Below are positions 1-9,715 of a DNA stretch of 64,000 bases, piece after piece (the first letter of the stretch is position 1; each line of letters starts with the position of its first letter). The DNA comes from Cyclobacteriaceae bacterium (lineage in GTDB: Bacteria > Bacteroidota > Bacteroidia > Cytophagales > Cyclobacteriaceae), in assembly GCA_019638275.1 (NCBI GenBank), contig JAHBUC010000005.1:111149-175148 (forward strand). Reading direction: 5' to 3'. A model generated the notes under the pieces. The model was not told where the DNA came from and ran no database searches. It saw only the letters and a program-made list of their open reading frames with translations. A program made the position numbers and the translations under genes.

Positions 1-615
1 ACCGAACATGATTCCGATTTTTTCGCGAAGCTGGTTGATGAAGATACAGGCGCAACCGGTTTTGCTGATGGTACCGGTAAGTTTACGCAACGCCTGCGAC
101 ATCAATCGGGCCTGCAAGCCCATCTTGCTGTCGCCCATCTCACCTTCCAATTCACCTTTAGGTACAAGTGCCGCTACTGAGTCGATTACAATAATATCAA
201 TCGCCCCGGAACGAATCAGGTGATCCGCAATCTCAAGTGCTTGCTCGCCATTGTCTGGTTGCGAGATCAACAGGTTCTCGGTATCAATACCCAGTTTTTC
301 AGCATAGCTTTTATCAAACGCGTGTTCCGCATCAATAAAAGCAGCCAGTCCACCTTTTTTTTGCGCTTCGGCAATCATGTGCATGGTAAGGGTTGTCTTA
401 CCCGATGATTCCGGTCCGTAAATTTCCGTTACCCGGCCACGTGGAATACCACCAATGCCGAGGGCAATATCAAGCCCCAGCGAGCCGGTTGAAATGGCGG
501 GTATATCAATAACCCGTTCATCGCTCAATTTCATTACGGTTCCTTTACCGTAGGTCTTTTCAAGTTTATCGAGGGTAAGCTGAAGCGCTTTTAATTTTTC
601 TTTTGCGTCACTCAT
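1..615 (-). CDS. recA: RecA recombinase, N-terminal ~205 codons (gene runs off the left window edge)
   Basis: Reverse-complement translation from the ATG at 615-613 reads [30 protein letters not shown]...[13 protein letters not shown] (Walker A)...[15 protein letters not shown]...[14 protein letters not shown]. It is absent from the ORF track because no stop codon lies inside the window. Confidence 0.95.
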   Translation of the reverse strand, partial: MSDAKEKLKALQLTLDKLEKTYGKGTVMKLSDERVIDIPAISTGSLGLDIALGIGGIPRGRVTEIYGPESSGKTTLTMHMIAEAQKKGGLAAFIDAEHAFDKSYAEKLGIDTENLLISQPDNGEQALEIADHLIRSGAIDIIVIDSVAALVPKGELEGEMGDSKMGLQARLMSQALRKLTGTISKTGCACIFINQLREKIGIMFG

Positions 616-799
616 GAGTTCAATTGTTAAAGTTTGTAGCGGTTGTTAATCCGGGGTTGAAATTACTACTAACCCTTCCAAAAACAAACGCACACGGTTT
701 TTCGCGACAGTAGTTGTCAGTACTTATCAGGCCAGTTTATTCGTCAGATTGCTGTTCCGGTGGTTCAGTAAAAGTGAGTATACTGCGTGAAATTAAGCT

Positions 800-1843
800 A
801 TGCTAAGGCGGTTTTTCAGAGTAGTGAAGTGGATTGTTCTCAGCTTGTTGGCTGTGGTGGTAGTGTTGTGTGTAGTTTATCGCGACCTGGTAGGGTATGG
901 GCTTCGGCAGGCAAAGGGCCAATTTACTATTGTATGGAATGCACGGCCGGTAGCGGAGTATCTCGCTGATCCATCTTTTCCCGATTCCCTAAAACAGAAA
1001 CTGTTGTTAATCGCTGAAGCCCGTCAGTATGCCATCGATTCGCTGGGCTTGAATGACACAAAGAACTATTCCACCATGTACGATCAGCAGGGTAAGGAAA
1101 TTATGTGGGTAGTTACGGCCAGCGAACCGTTTCAGCTTCAGGCTAAAGAGTGGGAATTTCCAGTGCTGGGTGCTGTTCCCTACAAAGGCTTCTTTGAAAT
1201 GGAGCGGGCGCTGGCTGAAAAGCAAAATCTGGAAGCTGAAGGCTGGGATGTGAACGTTCGCAATCCGGGTGGTTGGTCAACCTTGGGCTGGTTTACCGAT
1301 CCTATTTTGAGCAACATGCTTTCGCGATCGGAAGGAGACCTGGTGAGCTTGATTATTCACGAGATGGCACACGCGACTATTTTTGTTAAGGACAGTGTTG
1401 ACTTTAATGAAAACCTGGCCTCGTTCATTGGTGATCGGGGCGCTGAACAATTTTTGATTTCAAAGTATGGCAAAAACAGCGAGCCTTATCGACAGTTTCT
1501 TCAGGAGGATAAAGAGTTTACTCACTATGTTGATCATATTCTGCGTGGTTGCGATTATCTCGACAGCGTTTATATGGCCATTATGGATAAAACTCATGAT
1601 GAAAAGCGCGCGATAAAAGAAACATCCATTCGTACGATCATGCAAGCTGTTGACACCTTATCGTTCGAGGCATTGGTTCGGCCTACCGATAAGCATACCG
1701 GTATACCCAACAATGCGTACTTCATGTCGTTCAGAAGGTACCAATCCAAGCAAGATGTTTTCTGGCATGAGTGGACGCATGATTTCAAGGGTGATTTGAA
1801 GGCGTATATCCGTGCTTTGGCCGATCGCCATCTTTTTCTATAG
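800..1843 (+). CDS. Putative zinc aminopeptidase/metallopeptidase (predicted-aminopeptidase family)
   Basis: 347-aa ORF with an N-terminal hydrophobic anchor and an HEMAHAT (HExxH) zinc motif. It resembles the bacterial 'predicted aminopeptidase' family from memory; not searched. Confidence 0.65.
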   Translation: MLRRFFRVVKWIVLSLLAVVVVLCVVYRDLVGYGLRQAKGQFTIVWNARPVAEYLADPSFPDSLKQKLLLIAEARQYAIDSLGLNDTKNYSTMYDQQGKEIMWVVTASEPFQLQAKEWEFPVLGAVPYKGFFEMERALAEKQNLEAEGWDVNVRNPGGWSTLGWFTDPILSNMLSRSEGDLVSLIIHEMAHATIFVKDSVDFNENLASFIGDRGAEQFLISKYGKNSEPYRQFLQEDKEFTHYVDHILRGCDYLDSVYMAIMDKTHDEKRAIKETSIRTIMQAVDTLSFEALVRPTDKHTGIPNNAYFMSFRRYQSKQDVFWHEWTHDFKGDLKAYIRALADRHLFL

Positions 1844-1938
1844 CCTGAATTTCAGGGATTAAGGAATTGTTAAGAATGGGCAGACGGTTTTTAAACCCCT
1901 GCTTTCTGTCTACTTTTGTGGCAAATTAGATTAAATCT

Positions 1939-2628
1939 ATGGGAAACAAGCCCGTGCATAAAGTGCTTGTTGTGGATGATGAAGAGCCGATTCAGGAGCT
2001 TCTGAGATACAACCTCGAAAAAGATGGATACGATGTTAAAACCGCTGGCGATGGAGCCAAGGCGGTGGAGATCGCGAAGAAGTTTCATCCCGATCTGGTA
2101 TTGCTCGACATCATGATGCCCAAAATGGATGGCGTTGAAACCTGCAGGTTGTTGCGCGAAATTCCTGAATTGCAAAAGACCTTTATCGTGTTTCTTACGG
2201 CACGTGCTGAAGAGTACTCTGAAGTTGCCGCTTTTGATGTAGGTGCCGATGACTACATCACGAAACCAATCAAGCCACGCGCCTTGCTAAGCCGGATCAG
2301 TGCCTTATTCAGAAGAGAAGTAAAAAAGACTGATCCTTCAAGTTCTATCTCCATTGGCGATTTAACCATTGACCGAACCAGCTATACCATTAAAGTTGAC
2401 GGCCGTGAAATCAACCTTCCTAAAAAGGAGTTTGAATTGTTGTATTTCCTGGCCAAGAACCCAAACAAGGTTTTTAGTCGCGAAGACCTGTTGCAAAACA
2501 TCTGGGGATCGGATGTGTATGTACTGGCCCGAACGGTAGATGTGCACATTCGGAAGGTGCGCGAGAAAATCGGGGAAGATTACATCACAACTGTTAAGGG
2601 CGTGGGCTACAAATTCAGCCTCAATTGA
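1939..2628 (+). CDS. OmpR/PhoB-family response regulator
   Basis: REC domain (VLVVDDEE, DLVLLDIMMPKMDG, phospho-acceptor Asp) plus a winged-helix output domain (RTVDVHIRKVREKI...VKGVGYKF). Confidence 0.9.
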   Translation: MGNKPVHKVLVVDDEEPIQELLRYNLEKDGYDVKTAGDGAKAVEIAKKFHPDLVLLDIMMPKMDGVETCRLLREIPELQKTFIVFLTARAEEYSEVAAFDVGADDYITKPIKPRALLSRISALFRREVKKTDPSSSISIGDLTIDRTSYTIKVDGREINLPKKEFELLYFLAKNPNKVFSREDLLQNIWGSDVYVLARTVDVHIRKVREKIGEDYITTVKGVGYKFSLN

Positions 2629-2736
2629 AGTTTCAAAATACCGGAGCCTGAATAAAGAAGGCTATACCAGACTGTGCCCGATCAGGATTCTCTATCGTTA
2701 TCTTGAATTTTGATTTTATAATCTTGAATTTCCCGC

Positions 2737-3786
2737 ATGGTTTATAACTCGAGGGTATTGGCCTTGTTACTGGCAATTTGCATTGCCTTAATTACAACCC
2801 TCTTTCTTACATTGTTCAAGGAAGCTTCAATTACCCTGTTGCTGGTGGCGTTTGGCATCAGCTTCTCAGTTTCATACCTGCTGGTCTTTATTGTACTTGA
2901 TTTTTTAATCTTCCGCGAGATCAACAAAATTTACCGCTTGATGGAAAAGTTGCGGAAGAAGGAGTTGAATAAATTGGATAAGCAGCGATCCGGAACGCTT
3001 AACCCACTCGAAAAAATCAACGAAGAAATTTTTTCCTTCGCTGAACTCAAACAAAAAGAAATTGACGAGTTGAGAAAACTCGAAGCCTTCCGGAAGGAGT
3101 TTATTGCCGATGTTTCGCACGAATTAAAAACGCCCATTTTTGCCGCCCAGGGTTTTGTGCACACGTTGCTTGACGGTGCCATGGAAGATAAGGCCGTGCG
3201 AACACGGTTTTTGAAGAAGGCTGCAAAGAGCCTTGATGGATTGGATGCCCTCGTACAGGATTTGCTAACCCTATCGCATATTGAAACCGGGCAAATCAAA
3301 ATGCATTTCGAGGCCATCGACATGTATAAGCTCACCCAGGAAGTTTTTGAGCAGTTTGAAAACAAAGCGGATAAACGCGACATCACGTTTCGTATGGAAG
3401 GCAACCCCGGCAAAGTAGTAGTGTATGCCGACTGGCAGCGGATTTTCCAGGTGATGACTAACCTCGTGTCGAATGCAGTGAAACACTCGTATGAAGGTGG
3501 TGAAGTGGTAGTCAGTTTTGACGTAACGAAGAAATCGGTAACCACGCATGTACGCGATTTTGGTGAGGGTATTCCTCCTGAACATATCAACCGTATATTT
3601 GAGCGCTTTTACCGGGTTGATAAAAGCCGAAGCCGGGAAAAGGGGGGTACAGGGCTGGGATTGGCAATTGTCAAGCACATTCTTGAAAACCACCACACCA
3701 AAACCGAGGTTCAAAGCACACCCGGTAAAGGTTCAGATTTCAGCTTCAAACTTCCGCGTGTGAAACCGCAGGAAAGCCACGCTTAA
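2737..3786 (+). CDS. Sensor histidine kinase (PhoR-like), cognate to the upstream regulator
   Basis: Two N-terminal TM helices, H-box FIADVSHELKTP, N box NLVSNAVKHS, G boxes DFGEGIP and GGTGLGLAIVKH. Confidence 0.9.
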   Translation: MVYNSRVLALLLAICIALITTLFLTLFKEASITLLLVAFGISFSVSYLLVFIVLDFLIFREINKIYRLMEKLRKKELNKLDKQRSGTLNPLEKINEEIFSFAELKQKEIDELRKLEAFRKEFIADVSHELKTPIFAAQGFVHTLLDGAMEDKAVRTRFLKKAAKSLDGLDALVQDLLTLSHIETGQIKMHFEAIDMYKLTQEVFEQFENKADKRDITFRMEGNPGKVVVYADWQRIFQVMTNLVSNAVKHSYEGGEVVVSFDVTKKSVTTHVRDFGEGIPPEHINRIFERFYRVDKSRSREKGGTGLGLAIVKHILENHHTKTEVQSTPGKGSDFSFKLPRVKPQESHA

Positions 3787-3796
3787 AAACCAGATT

Positions 3797-4510
3797 TTGA
3801 AAAAGTATTCGGTTACAGACTTAATCCTTTGGGAAGACAACGACTTTATCACGGTTAACAAACCGCCCTTTCTTTCTACGCTTGAAGACAGAACCGACCC
3901 GGTTAACCTGCTGGCATTGGTGCGTGGCTACTGCGAAACCGCCCAGGCCTGCCACCGGTTGGATAAGGATACCTCGGGTTTGATTGTTTTTGCCAAAAAC
4001 CCGGAAGCCTACCGGCACATGAGCATGCAGTTTGAGCATCGGAAGGTGGAAAAAATCTACCACGCCATCGTTGATGGGGTTCATGATTTCAAACAACACC
4101 TGGTGGATGCCCCCATATTGGCTGCGCCAGATGGCATAGTGAAAATCAGCAAACGCGATGGAAAACCTGCGCAAACCTACTTTACCACGCTGGTTGCTTA
4201 CCGGCAGCACTCTTTAATAGAATGCCGGCCCATTACGGGGCGGATGCACCAAATCCGCATTCACCTGTCGGTTTTAAACGCCTCCATTACCGGTGATGAG
4301 CAATATGGTGGAAAACCACTTTATTTATCAGCTATAAAAAGGGGCTTTAACCTGAAGAAAAACACCGAAGAAGAACCCCTGATGAAACGGATGGCGCTTC
4401 ATGCAAAGTCACTGATTTTCAAATCGATGAAAGACGAAGAGCTGACCTTGGATGCCCCGTATCCCAAGGATTTTCAGGCCTTGATACGCCAGCTGGAGGC
4501 AAATAAATAG
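3797..4510 (+). CDS. RluA-family pseudouridine synthase
   Basis: Catalytic motif HRLDKDTSGLIVFAK and GRMHQIRIHL. TTG start as given by the ORF track. Confidence 0.85.
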   Translation: MKKYSVTDLILWEDNDFITVNKPPFLSTLEDRTDPVNLLALVRGYCETAQACHRLDKDTSGLIVFAKNPEAYRHMSMQFEHRKVEKIYHAIVDGVHDFKQHLVDAPILAAPDGIVKISKRDGKPAQTYFTTLVAYRQHSLIECRPITGRMHQIRIHLSVLNASITGDEQYGGKPLYLSAIKRGFNLKKNTEEEPLMKRMALHAKSLIFKSMKDEELTLDAPYPKDFQALIRQLEANK

Positions 4511-4621
4511 GGAGGATTCCGGTAAAAAATCGGGTCTATTTGCTTTTCCAATCCCCTCCGCTTACCTTTGTGTCCCTTTTTAAAGGAAGGGTGTATTTTG
4601 TTGATTTTTAAATAGAAAAAC

Positions 4622-5065
4622 GTGGATCATCAGAGCTATAAAACCACTCACGCCAACAAGGCAACCGTTGAGAAAACGTGGGTTTTGGTGGATGCAAAAG
4701 ATAAGGTGTTAGGCCGTGTAGCCAGCCAAATTGCACACATCATCAAGGGTAAGCACAAAACCAGCTACACACCACATGTTGATTGTGGCGACCATGTAGT
4801 GGTTATCAATGCCGAAAAGGTAAAAATGACGGGTAAAAAATGGACTGACCGTGTGATTTACACGCACTCCGGTTATCCGGGCGGACAGCGTGAGCATACG
4901 CCTGCCAATATCCGTAACCAACATCCTGAGCGCCTGGTAGAGCATGCCGTACGCGGTATGTTGCCTAAGAATCGTTTGGGACGCGAGCTTTTCCGCAGCC
5001 TGCATGTTTATGCCGGTACGGAACATCCGCACACAGCACAGCAACCAAAAGAAATAAAACTATAA
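4622..5065 (+). CDS. rplM: 50S ribosomal protein L13
   Basis: WVLVDAKDKVLGRVASQIAHIIKGKHK...YTHSGYPGG is a typical L13 sequence. GTG start. Confidence 0.95.
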   Translation: MDHQSYKTTHANKATVEKTWVLVDAKDKVLGRVASQIAHIIKGKHKTSYTPHVDCGDHVVVINAEKVKMTGKKWTDRVIYTHSGYPGGQREHTPANIRNQHPERLVEHAVRGMLPKNRLGRELFRSLHVYAGTEHPHTAQQPKEIKL

Positions 5066-5068
5066 TAA

Positions 5069-5455
5069 ATGGAGATTTTCAACGCAACGGGTAGAAGGAA
5101 GACTTCTGTAGCCAGGGTTTATGTAAAGCCTGGCAAAGGTGACATACAAGTAAACGCCCGTGATCTCAAGGAATACTTCCTATCTGAGATTCACCAGACA
5201 CTGGTTAAGCAGCCTTTGGCAGCGCTTAAAGCCGAGAATCAGTACGATGTAACCATTAACGTTGAAGGCGGTGGCATTAAAGGCCAGGCTGAAGCCGTTC
5301 GATTGGGCATTTCGCGGGCTCTCGTAGCCGTAAATGCTGAAAACAAAACTGTACTGCGTAAGGAAGGGTTTATCACCCGCGACTCGCGTATGGTAGAACG
5401 TAAGAAGCCGGGAAGAAGAAAGGCCAGAAGGAGATTCCAGTTCAGCAAACGTTAA
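5069..5455 (+). CDS. rpsI: 30S ribosomal protein S9
   Basis: GRRKTSVARVYVKPGKG...GGGIKGQAEAVRLGISRAL...C-terminal KARRRFQFSKR. Confidence 0.95.
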   Translation: MEIFNATGRRKTSVARVYVKPGKGDIQVNARDLKEYFLSEIHQTLVKQPLAALKAENQYDVTINVEGGGIKGQAEAVRLGISRALVAVNAENKTVLRKEGFITRDSRMVERKKPGRRKARRRFQFSKR

Positions 5456-5471
5456 TCGTAAACATCAACAC

Positions 5472-6242
5472 ATGGGAAAGAAATTAACTTATCAGGATTT
5501 ATTGGAAGCCGGTGTTCATTTCGGACACTTAACCCGTAAATGGAACCCGAAGATGGCTGAGTACATCTTCATGGAAAACAACGGCATTCACATCATCGAC
5601 CTGCACAAATCATTGGCGAGTTTGGAAGAGGCAGCATTTGCTATGAAAAACATCGTACGTTCTGGTCGCAAGATCATGTTCGTAGCTACCAAGAAGCAGG
5701 CAAAAGATATCGTAACCGAAGAAGCAAAGCGCCTGAACATGCCGTACGTAACGGAACGTTGGTTGGGTGGTATGCTTACCAACTTTGCTACCATCCGCAA
5801 GTCGTTAAAGAAGCTGTCACAGATTGACAAGCTGATGAAAGATGAAGCATACCTGAACCTGCAAAAGAAGGAGCGCCTTACGTTAACCCGTGAGAAGGCA
5901 AAGCTTGAAAAGCAATTGGGTGGTATTGTTGATCTGAACAGATTGCCTGCAGCCCTTTTTGTGATCGATGTTAAGCGCGAGCACATTGCCGTTGCGGAAG
6001 CACAAAAGCTGAATATCCCGGTGTTTGCGATGGTGGATACAAACTCAGATCCTACAACGGTAGATTTCCCTATCCCCGCCAATGACGATGCGTTCAAATC
6101 CATTTCATTGATTACCGGATACATCGGCAGCGTAATTGAAGAAGCGTTGCAGGAACGTAAGAAGGAGAAGGAAGAAGCTTCGTTGAAGAAGGAAGAGGAC
6201 GAAAAGCGTAAAGTAGATACGGCCGTTGAAGAAGCCAAGTAA
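5472..6242 (+). CDS. rpsB: 30S ribosomal protein S2
   Basis: LLEAGVHFGHLTRKWNPKM...ERWLGGMLTNF...VIDVKREHIAVAEAQKLNIPVFAMVDTNSDP, with a Lys/Glu-rich tail. Confidence 0.95.
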   Translation: MGKKLTYQDLLEAGVHFGHLTRKWNPKMAEYIFMENNGIHIIDLHKSLASLEEAAFAMKNIVRSGRKIMFVATKKQAKDIVTEEAKRLNMPYVTERWLGGMLTNFATIRKSLKKLSQIDKLMKDEAYLNLQKKERLTLTREKAKLEKQLGGIVDLNRLPAALFVIDVKREHIAVAEAQKLNIPVFAMVDTNSDPTTVDFPIPANDDAFKSISLITGYIGSVIEEALQERKKEKEEASLKKEEDEKRKVDTAVEEAK

Positions 6243-6291
6243 GAGCAGCGACTGATCAATATTGGTTCAATCGCCCAGCGATATACAGAAT

Positions 6292-6325
6292 AAACATCGG
6301 CCTTCCAGTCGGTGTTTATTTTTTT
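6292..6325 (+). terminator. Rho-independent terminator after rpsB
   Basis: aaacatcgg / tcggtgttt stem (two G-U pairs) with an 8-nt loop, followed by attttttt. Confidence 0.6.
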
Positions 6326-6369
6326 AAACCCAGCACTAGTAAACTGTAACATTTAAAATTCATAAAGCG

Positions 6370-7200
6370 ATGTCAATTTCAGCACAAGATGTAAACAAAC
6401 TCAGGCAAATGACCGGAGCCGGTATGATGGATTGTAAGAAAGCCCTTACTGAAGCCAACGGTGATTTTGAAAAGGCCATTGAAATATTAAGAAAGAAAGG
6501 TCAGAAAGTTTCTGCTTCCCGTTCCGACAGAGAAGCAAAGGAAGGTTCTGTATTTGTAAAGGTTAGTGACGACAAGAAAGAAGCGGTGTTGATCGCTCTG
6601 AATTGCGAGACTGACTTTGTAGCGAAAAACGAAGAGTTCCAATCGCTAGGTAAAATGATTGCGGATGTAGCGTTTGCCAGCAAGCCAGCCGACAAAGAGG
6701 CGTTGTTGTCACAGAAAGCCGGTGACCTTACCTTGAACGACAAAATTGTAGAACTCGTAGGTAAGATCGGAGAGAAGATTGAAGTAAGCGAGTTTGTGCA
6801 CATGAAAGGTGAAGCGGTTGTACCGTACATTCACGCTGGTGCGAAACTGGGCGTATTGGTATCGTTAAAAGGTATTAACGGCAAAGACGTAACCGATGCA
6901 GGTAAAGATGTGGGTATGCAGATTGCTGCCATGAATCCGGTTGCTGTAGATGAAACTTCAGTGGATAAAACTGTGATTGAAAAGGAACTTGAAATTGCCA
7001 AAGCGCAAATCTTAGCCGAAGGCAAACCTGAAAACATGGTTGAGAAAATTGCACAAGGTAAATTGAACAAGTTCTTCAAAGACAACACATTGTTGCCCCA
7101 GGCATTTGTGAAAGACAACAGCAAAACGGTAGCGCAATACCTCGACAGTGTGTCGAAGGGATTGACGGTTGCTGAGTTCAAGCGTGTTTCAATCGGGTAA
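6370..7200 (+). CDS. tsf: Translation elongation factor Ts
   Basis: VNKLRQMTGAGMMDCKKALTEANGDFEKAIEILRKKG (UBA-like N-terminus) and LNCETDFVAKNEEF. Confidence 0.95.
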   Translation: MSISAQDVNKLRQMTGAGMMDCKKALTEANGDFEKAIEILRKKGQKVSASRSDREAKEGSVFVKVSDDKKEAVLIALNCETDFVAKNEEFQSLGKMIADVAFASKPADKEALLSQKAGDLTLNDKIVELVGKIGEKIEVSEFVHMKGEAVVPYIHAGAKLGVLVSLKGINGKDVTDAGKDVGMQIAAMNPVAVDETSVDKTVIEKELEIAKAQILAEGKPENMVEKIAQGKLNKFFKDNTLLPQAFVKDNSKTVAQYLDSVSKGLTVAEFKRVSIG

Positions 7201-7222
7201 TTTTAGAATGAATTGAATATTG

Positions 7223-7250
7223 AAAAAGGAGTCTGTCAGACTCCTTTTTT
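7223..7250 (+). terminator. Rho-independent terminator after tsf
   Basis: aaaaaggagtctg / cagactcc stem followed by tttttt. Confidence 0.8.
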
Positions 7251-7265
7251 GTTATCTTTCTGACC

Positions 7266-8255
7266 ATGGAAAAAGTTTTTGTTACGGGTGCAGATGGAAT
7301 GCTTGGCAGCAGCATTTGTAGAGAAGCGCTTAAGCAGGGTTACCAGGTAAAAGCCATGTGCATGCCCGGAAGAAATACCGGAACACTTGATGGGCTTCCA
7401 ATTGAAAAGATCTATGGCGATGTATTGGATAAGGATTTTCTGGAAGCCAACATGGCGGATTGTACTTATGTTATCCACGTGGCAGCGCTTACAAACGTCT
7501 GGCCCAGACGAATTGAACATGTTCGCCTGGTAAATGTTGAGGGAACGCGTAATGTGATGGAGCTCGTGGAGCGCCTCGGCCTGGTACGGATGGTGCACAT
7601 CGGGTCGGCCAGCTCGTTTGCTCCGGGTACGCTTGAAAATCCCGGTGATGAAACTTCCGATTATGTGGGGGCACGTTTTGGTATGGATTACATCGACAGC
7701 AAGTATGAGGCACAAGAGCTGTTGTTGAAAAAATTCAGGGAGACTGGTTTTCCGGTGATTGTGGTTTGTCCAACATTTATGATCGGTCCGTATGATGCAG
7801 GACCTTCAAGCGGACAAATGTTGTTGGGTTTGTATAACGGTGTAATTCCCGGGTATGGAAATGGCGGAAAGAATTTCGTATGCGCTACCGATGTAGCAGT
7901 TGCGGCTGTTCACGCCTTAAAGAAGGGCTCGTTGGGTGAGTGTTACATTGCCGGAGGTGAAAACCTTTCCTATAAACAATTTTTTGAACGTGCATGCCGG
8001 GTGATGGATAAACCGTTTCGGTTGCGCAAGATTCCACATTTCTTCATTCTGTCGGCAGGTTTTTTAAATTCAGTGACTGCCCGCATCTCCGGACGGATGC
8101 CGAAGTTGAGTTACGGCATGGCCGTTATTGCAGGAGTGAATCAATATTTTTCTCCACGCAAAGCGCAAGTTGAACTGGATATGCCGCAAACTAAAATTGA
8201 AACAGGTATTGAAGATTGTGTAGCGTGGTTTAGACAACATGGTTATTTGAAATGA
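7266..8255 (+). CDS. NAD-dependent epimerase/dehydratase family (extended SDR) protein
   Basis: Rossmann motif VTGADGMLGSSI and YxxxK motif (YIDSKYEAQ). Confidence 0.8.
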   Translation: MEKVFVTGADGMLGSSICREALKQGYQVKAMCMPGRNTGTLDGLPIEKIYGDVLDKDFLEANMADCTYVIHVAALTNVWPRRIEHVRLVNVEGTRNVMELVERLGLVRMVHIGSASSFAPGTLENPGDETSDYVGARFGMDYIDSKYEAQELLLKKFRETGFPVIVVCPTFMIGPYDAGPSSGQMLLGLYNGVIPGYGNGGKNFVCATDVAVAAVHALKKGSLGECYIAGGENLSYKQFFERACRVMDKPFRLRKIPHFFILSAGFLNSVTARISGRMPKLSYGMAVIAGVNQYFSPRKAQVELDMPQTKIETGIEDCVAWFRQHGYLK

Positions 8256-9058
8256 GTCTGCAGTCGTTTTATTCGGATAAAGTGGTATTGATTACCGGTG
8301 CATCAATGGGTATCGGTAAGGAGTTAGCCCGGCAAGTGTTGGTGGCTGGAGGGAAGGCTGTGATTACCGGTCGCAATGTTTCCCGTCTTCAGGCGGTACA
8401 ACGCGAATTTGAATCCTATGCCGATCACCTGATCATTCACGCAGGTGATGTTGCTGATTATAAAGACAATCAGGTGTTGGTTGAGAAAATTATAGCGCAA
8501 TTTGGTAAACTGGATGTGCTCATCAACAATGCTGGCATTTCTTGCTTTGGTGAAGTGGAGGTTTTACAGGAAGATGTGGTTCGTCAGGTTGTAGATACGA
8601 ATATCTATGGTTCAGTTTTTCCGGTGATGGCTGCCTTACCTGAACTTAAAAAAACGAAAGGATCAATTCTGTTTGTCTCCAGTGTGGCGGGTTTTCATGG
8701 GTTGCCGGGTCATTCAACCTATTCACTATCCAAAATGTCGCTGAAAGCATTGGCGCAAAGCCTGCGAACGGAATTACTCCAACATGGTGTGTTTGCCGGT
8801 ATTGCTTATGTTGGGTTTACCGAAAACGAAACAGACAAAAGAACGATTTCTCCTAATGGAAACCCCGAGCCTGTTCCACAGCGCCCAAAAAGATTGGTGG
8901 CTTCTCGCGAAGAGACGGCAGTAAAAATTTTAAATCAGATCAGAAATCGAAAGGCTGAGGAAATACACGGGTGGTTAGGCAAATTTACGGGCGTGATGAG
9001 CCGGCTTTTTCCATCACTGCTTCACCTGTTGATTCGTAAAAACTACAAGAAGCGATAG
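8252..9058 (+). CDS. Short-chain dehydrogenase/reductase (classical SDR)
   Basis: TGASMGIGKE, NNAG, and S...YSLSK catalytic motifs. 4-nt overlap with the upstream gene. Confidence 0.85.
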   Translation: MSLQSFYSDKVVLITGASMGIGKELARQVLVAGGKAVITGRNVSRLQAVQREFESYADHLIIHAGDVADYKDNQVLVEKIIAQFGKLDVLINNAGISCFGEVEVLQEDVVRQVVDTNIYGSVFPVMAALPELKKTKGSILFVSSVAGFHGLPGHSTYSLSKMSLKALAQSLRTELLQHGVFAGIAYVGFTENETDKRTISPNGNPEPVPQRPKRLVASREETAVKILNQIRNRKAEEIHGWLGKFTGVMSRLFPSLLHLLIRKNYKKR

Positions 9059-9121
9059 CCTTGCGCGTTGTAACTTGTTGTACATTGTACTACCTTAATC
9101 ACTCAACATAACCCCGGTACC

Positions 9122-9475
9122 ATGTCACCTGCTGCAAAATCCATTTACTATTTTGGTTTTTACCTGCTCTTGCTGGGCATTGCACTAATCACATACCCGA
9201 ATGTATTGCTTGCCCTGTTTAACCAACCGGAGACAAGTGAGGTTTGGATTCGCGTAGTCGGGGTGATTGTTTTTAATATTGGGTTGTATTACATCTTTAT
9301 GGCGCCTGCCAACAGCGCACTCTTTGGTACGCTTACGGTGTATACACGGTTAGCCGTACTGGTATGGTTTGTAGTATTTGTTGTGCTGGAGTGGGCGCAA
9401 CCTTCTTTGATTTTATTTGGATTGGCTGATGCAGCCGGAGCTATCTGGACGTTTACGGCCCTTCGCAAAGGGTAG
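9122..9475 (+). CDS. Small integral membrane protein (about 4 TM), unknown function
   Basis: 117-aa ORF that is almost entirely hydrophobic helices. Confidence 0.5.
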   Translation: MSPAAKSIYYFGFYLLLLGIALITYPNVLLALFNQPETSEVWIRVVGVIVFNIGLYYIFMAPANSALFGTLTVYTRLAVLVWFVVFVVLEWAQPSLILFGLADAAGAIWTFTALRKG

Positions 9476-9480
9476 CCTTC

Positions 9481-9636
9481 ATGAAGAAGAAAGAATGTCC
9501 ATCGTGTGCGATGGAAGTTGATCAGAAAAGCAAAGCATGTCCGATTTGTGGGTATGAATTTACACAACCCAATCCCGCGTGGATTTGGCTGGCCATTGTT
9601 CTGATTATCATCTTTTTGCTCTACAGTATACTGTAG
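9481..9636 (+). CDS. Zinc-ribbon plus C-terminal TM small protein (51 aa)
   Basis: Hand translation: MKKKECPSCAMEVDQKSKACPICGYEFTQPNPAWIWLAIVLIIIFLLYSIL*. It has a CxxC...CxxC pair and a TM helix. It falls below the ORF-track length cut-off. Confidence 0.45.
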   Translation: MKKKECPSCAMEVDQKSKACPICGYEFTQPNPAWIWLAIVLIIIFLLYSIL

Positions 9637-9715
9637 CTTGCCTGCCTACATGTTAATGGGGGTGTATTGCTCAGGCTATTGCAAAGCGATAACTTGAGGA
9701 ATAAACCTAAACCTG

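Noticed and set aside
4511-4621. A possible ribosomal-protein leader or promoter upstream of rplM (TTTG ... TATTTTG).
   Set aside because: The spacing between the two boxes (about 23 nt) is off the usual Bacteroidetes consensus. I cannot fold or score a leader structure by eye, so it is not reported as a feature.
5588-6352. A 254-aa ORF antisense to rpsB. Similar long antisense ORFs lie at 2931-3590, 3271-3714, 7236-7715, 6501-7181, 4709-5044 and 37504-37851.
   Set aside because: These are shadow ORFs opposite confidently identified genes. They are Ser/Cys/Arg-rich low-complexity translations with no motifs.
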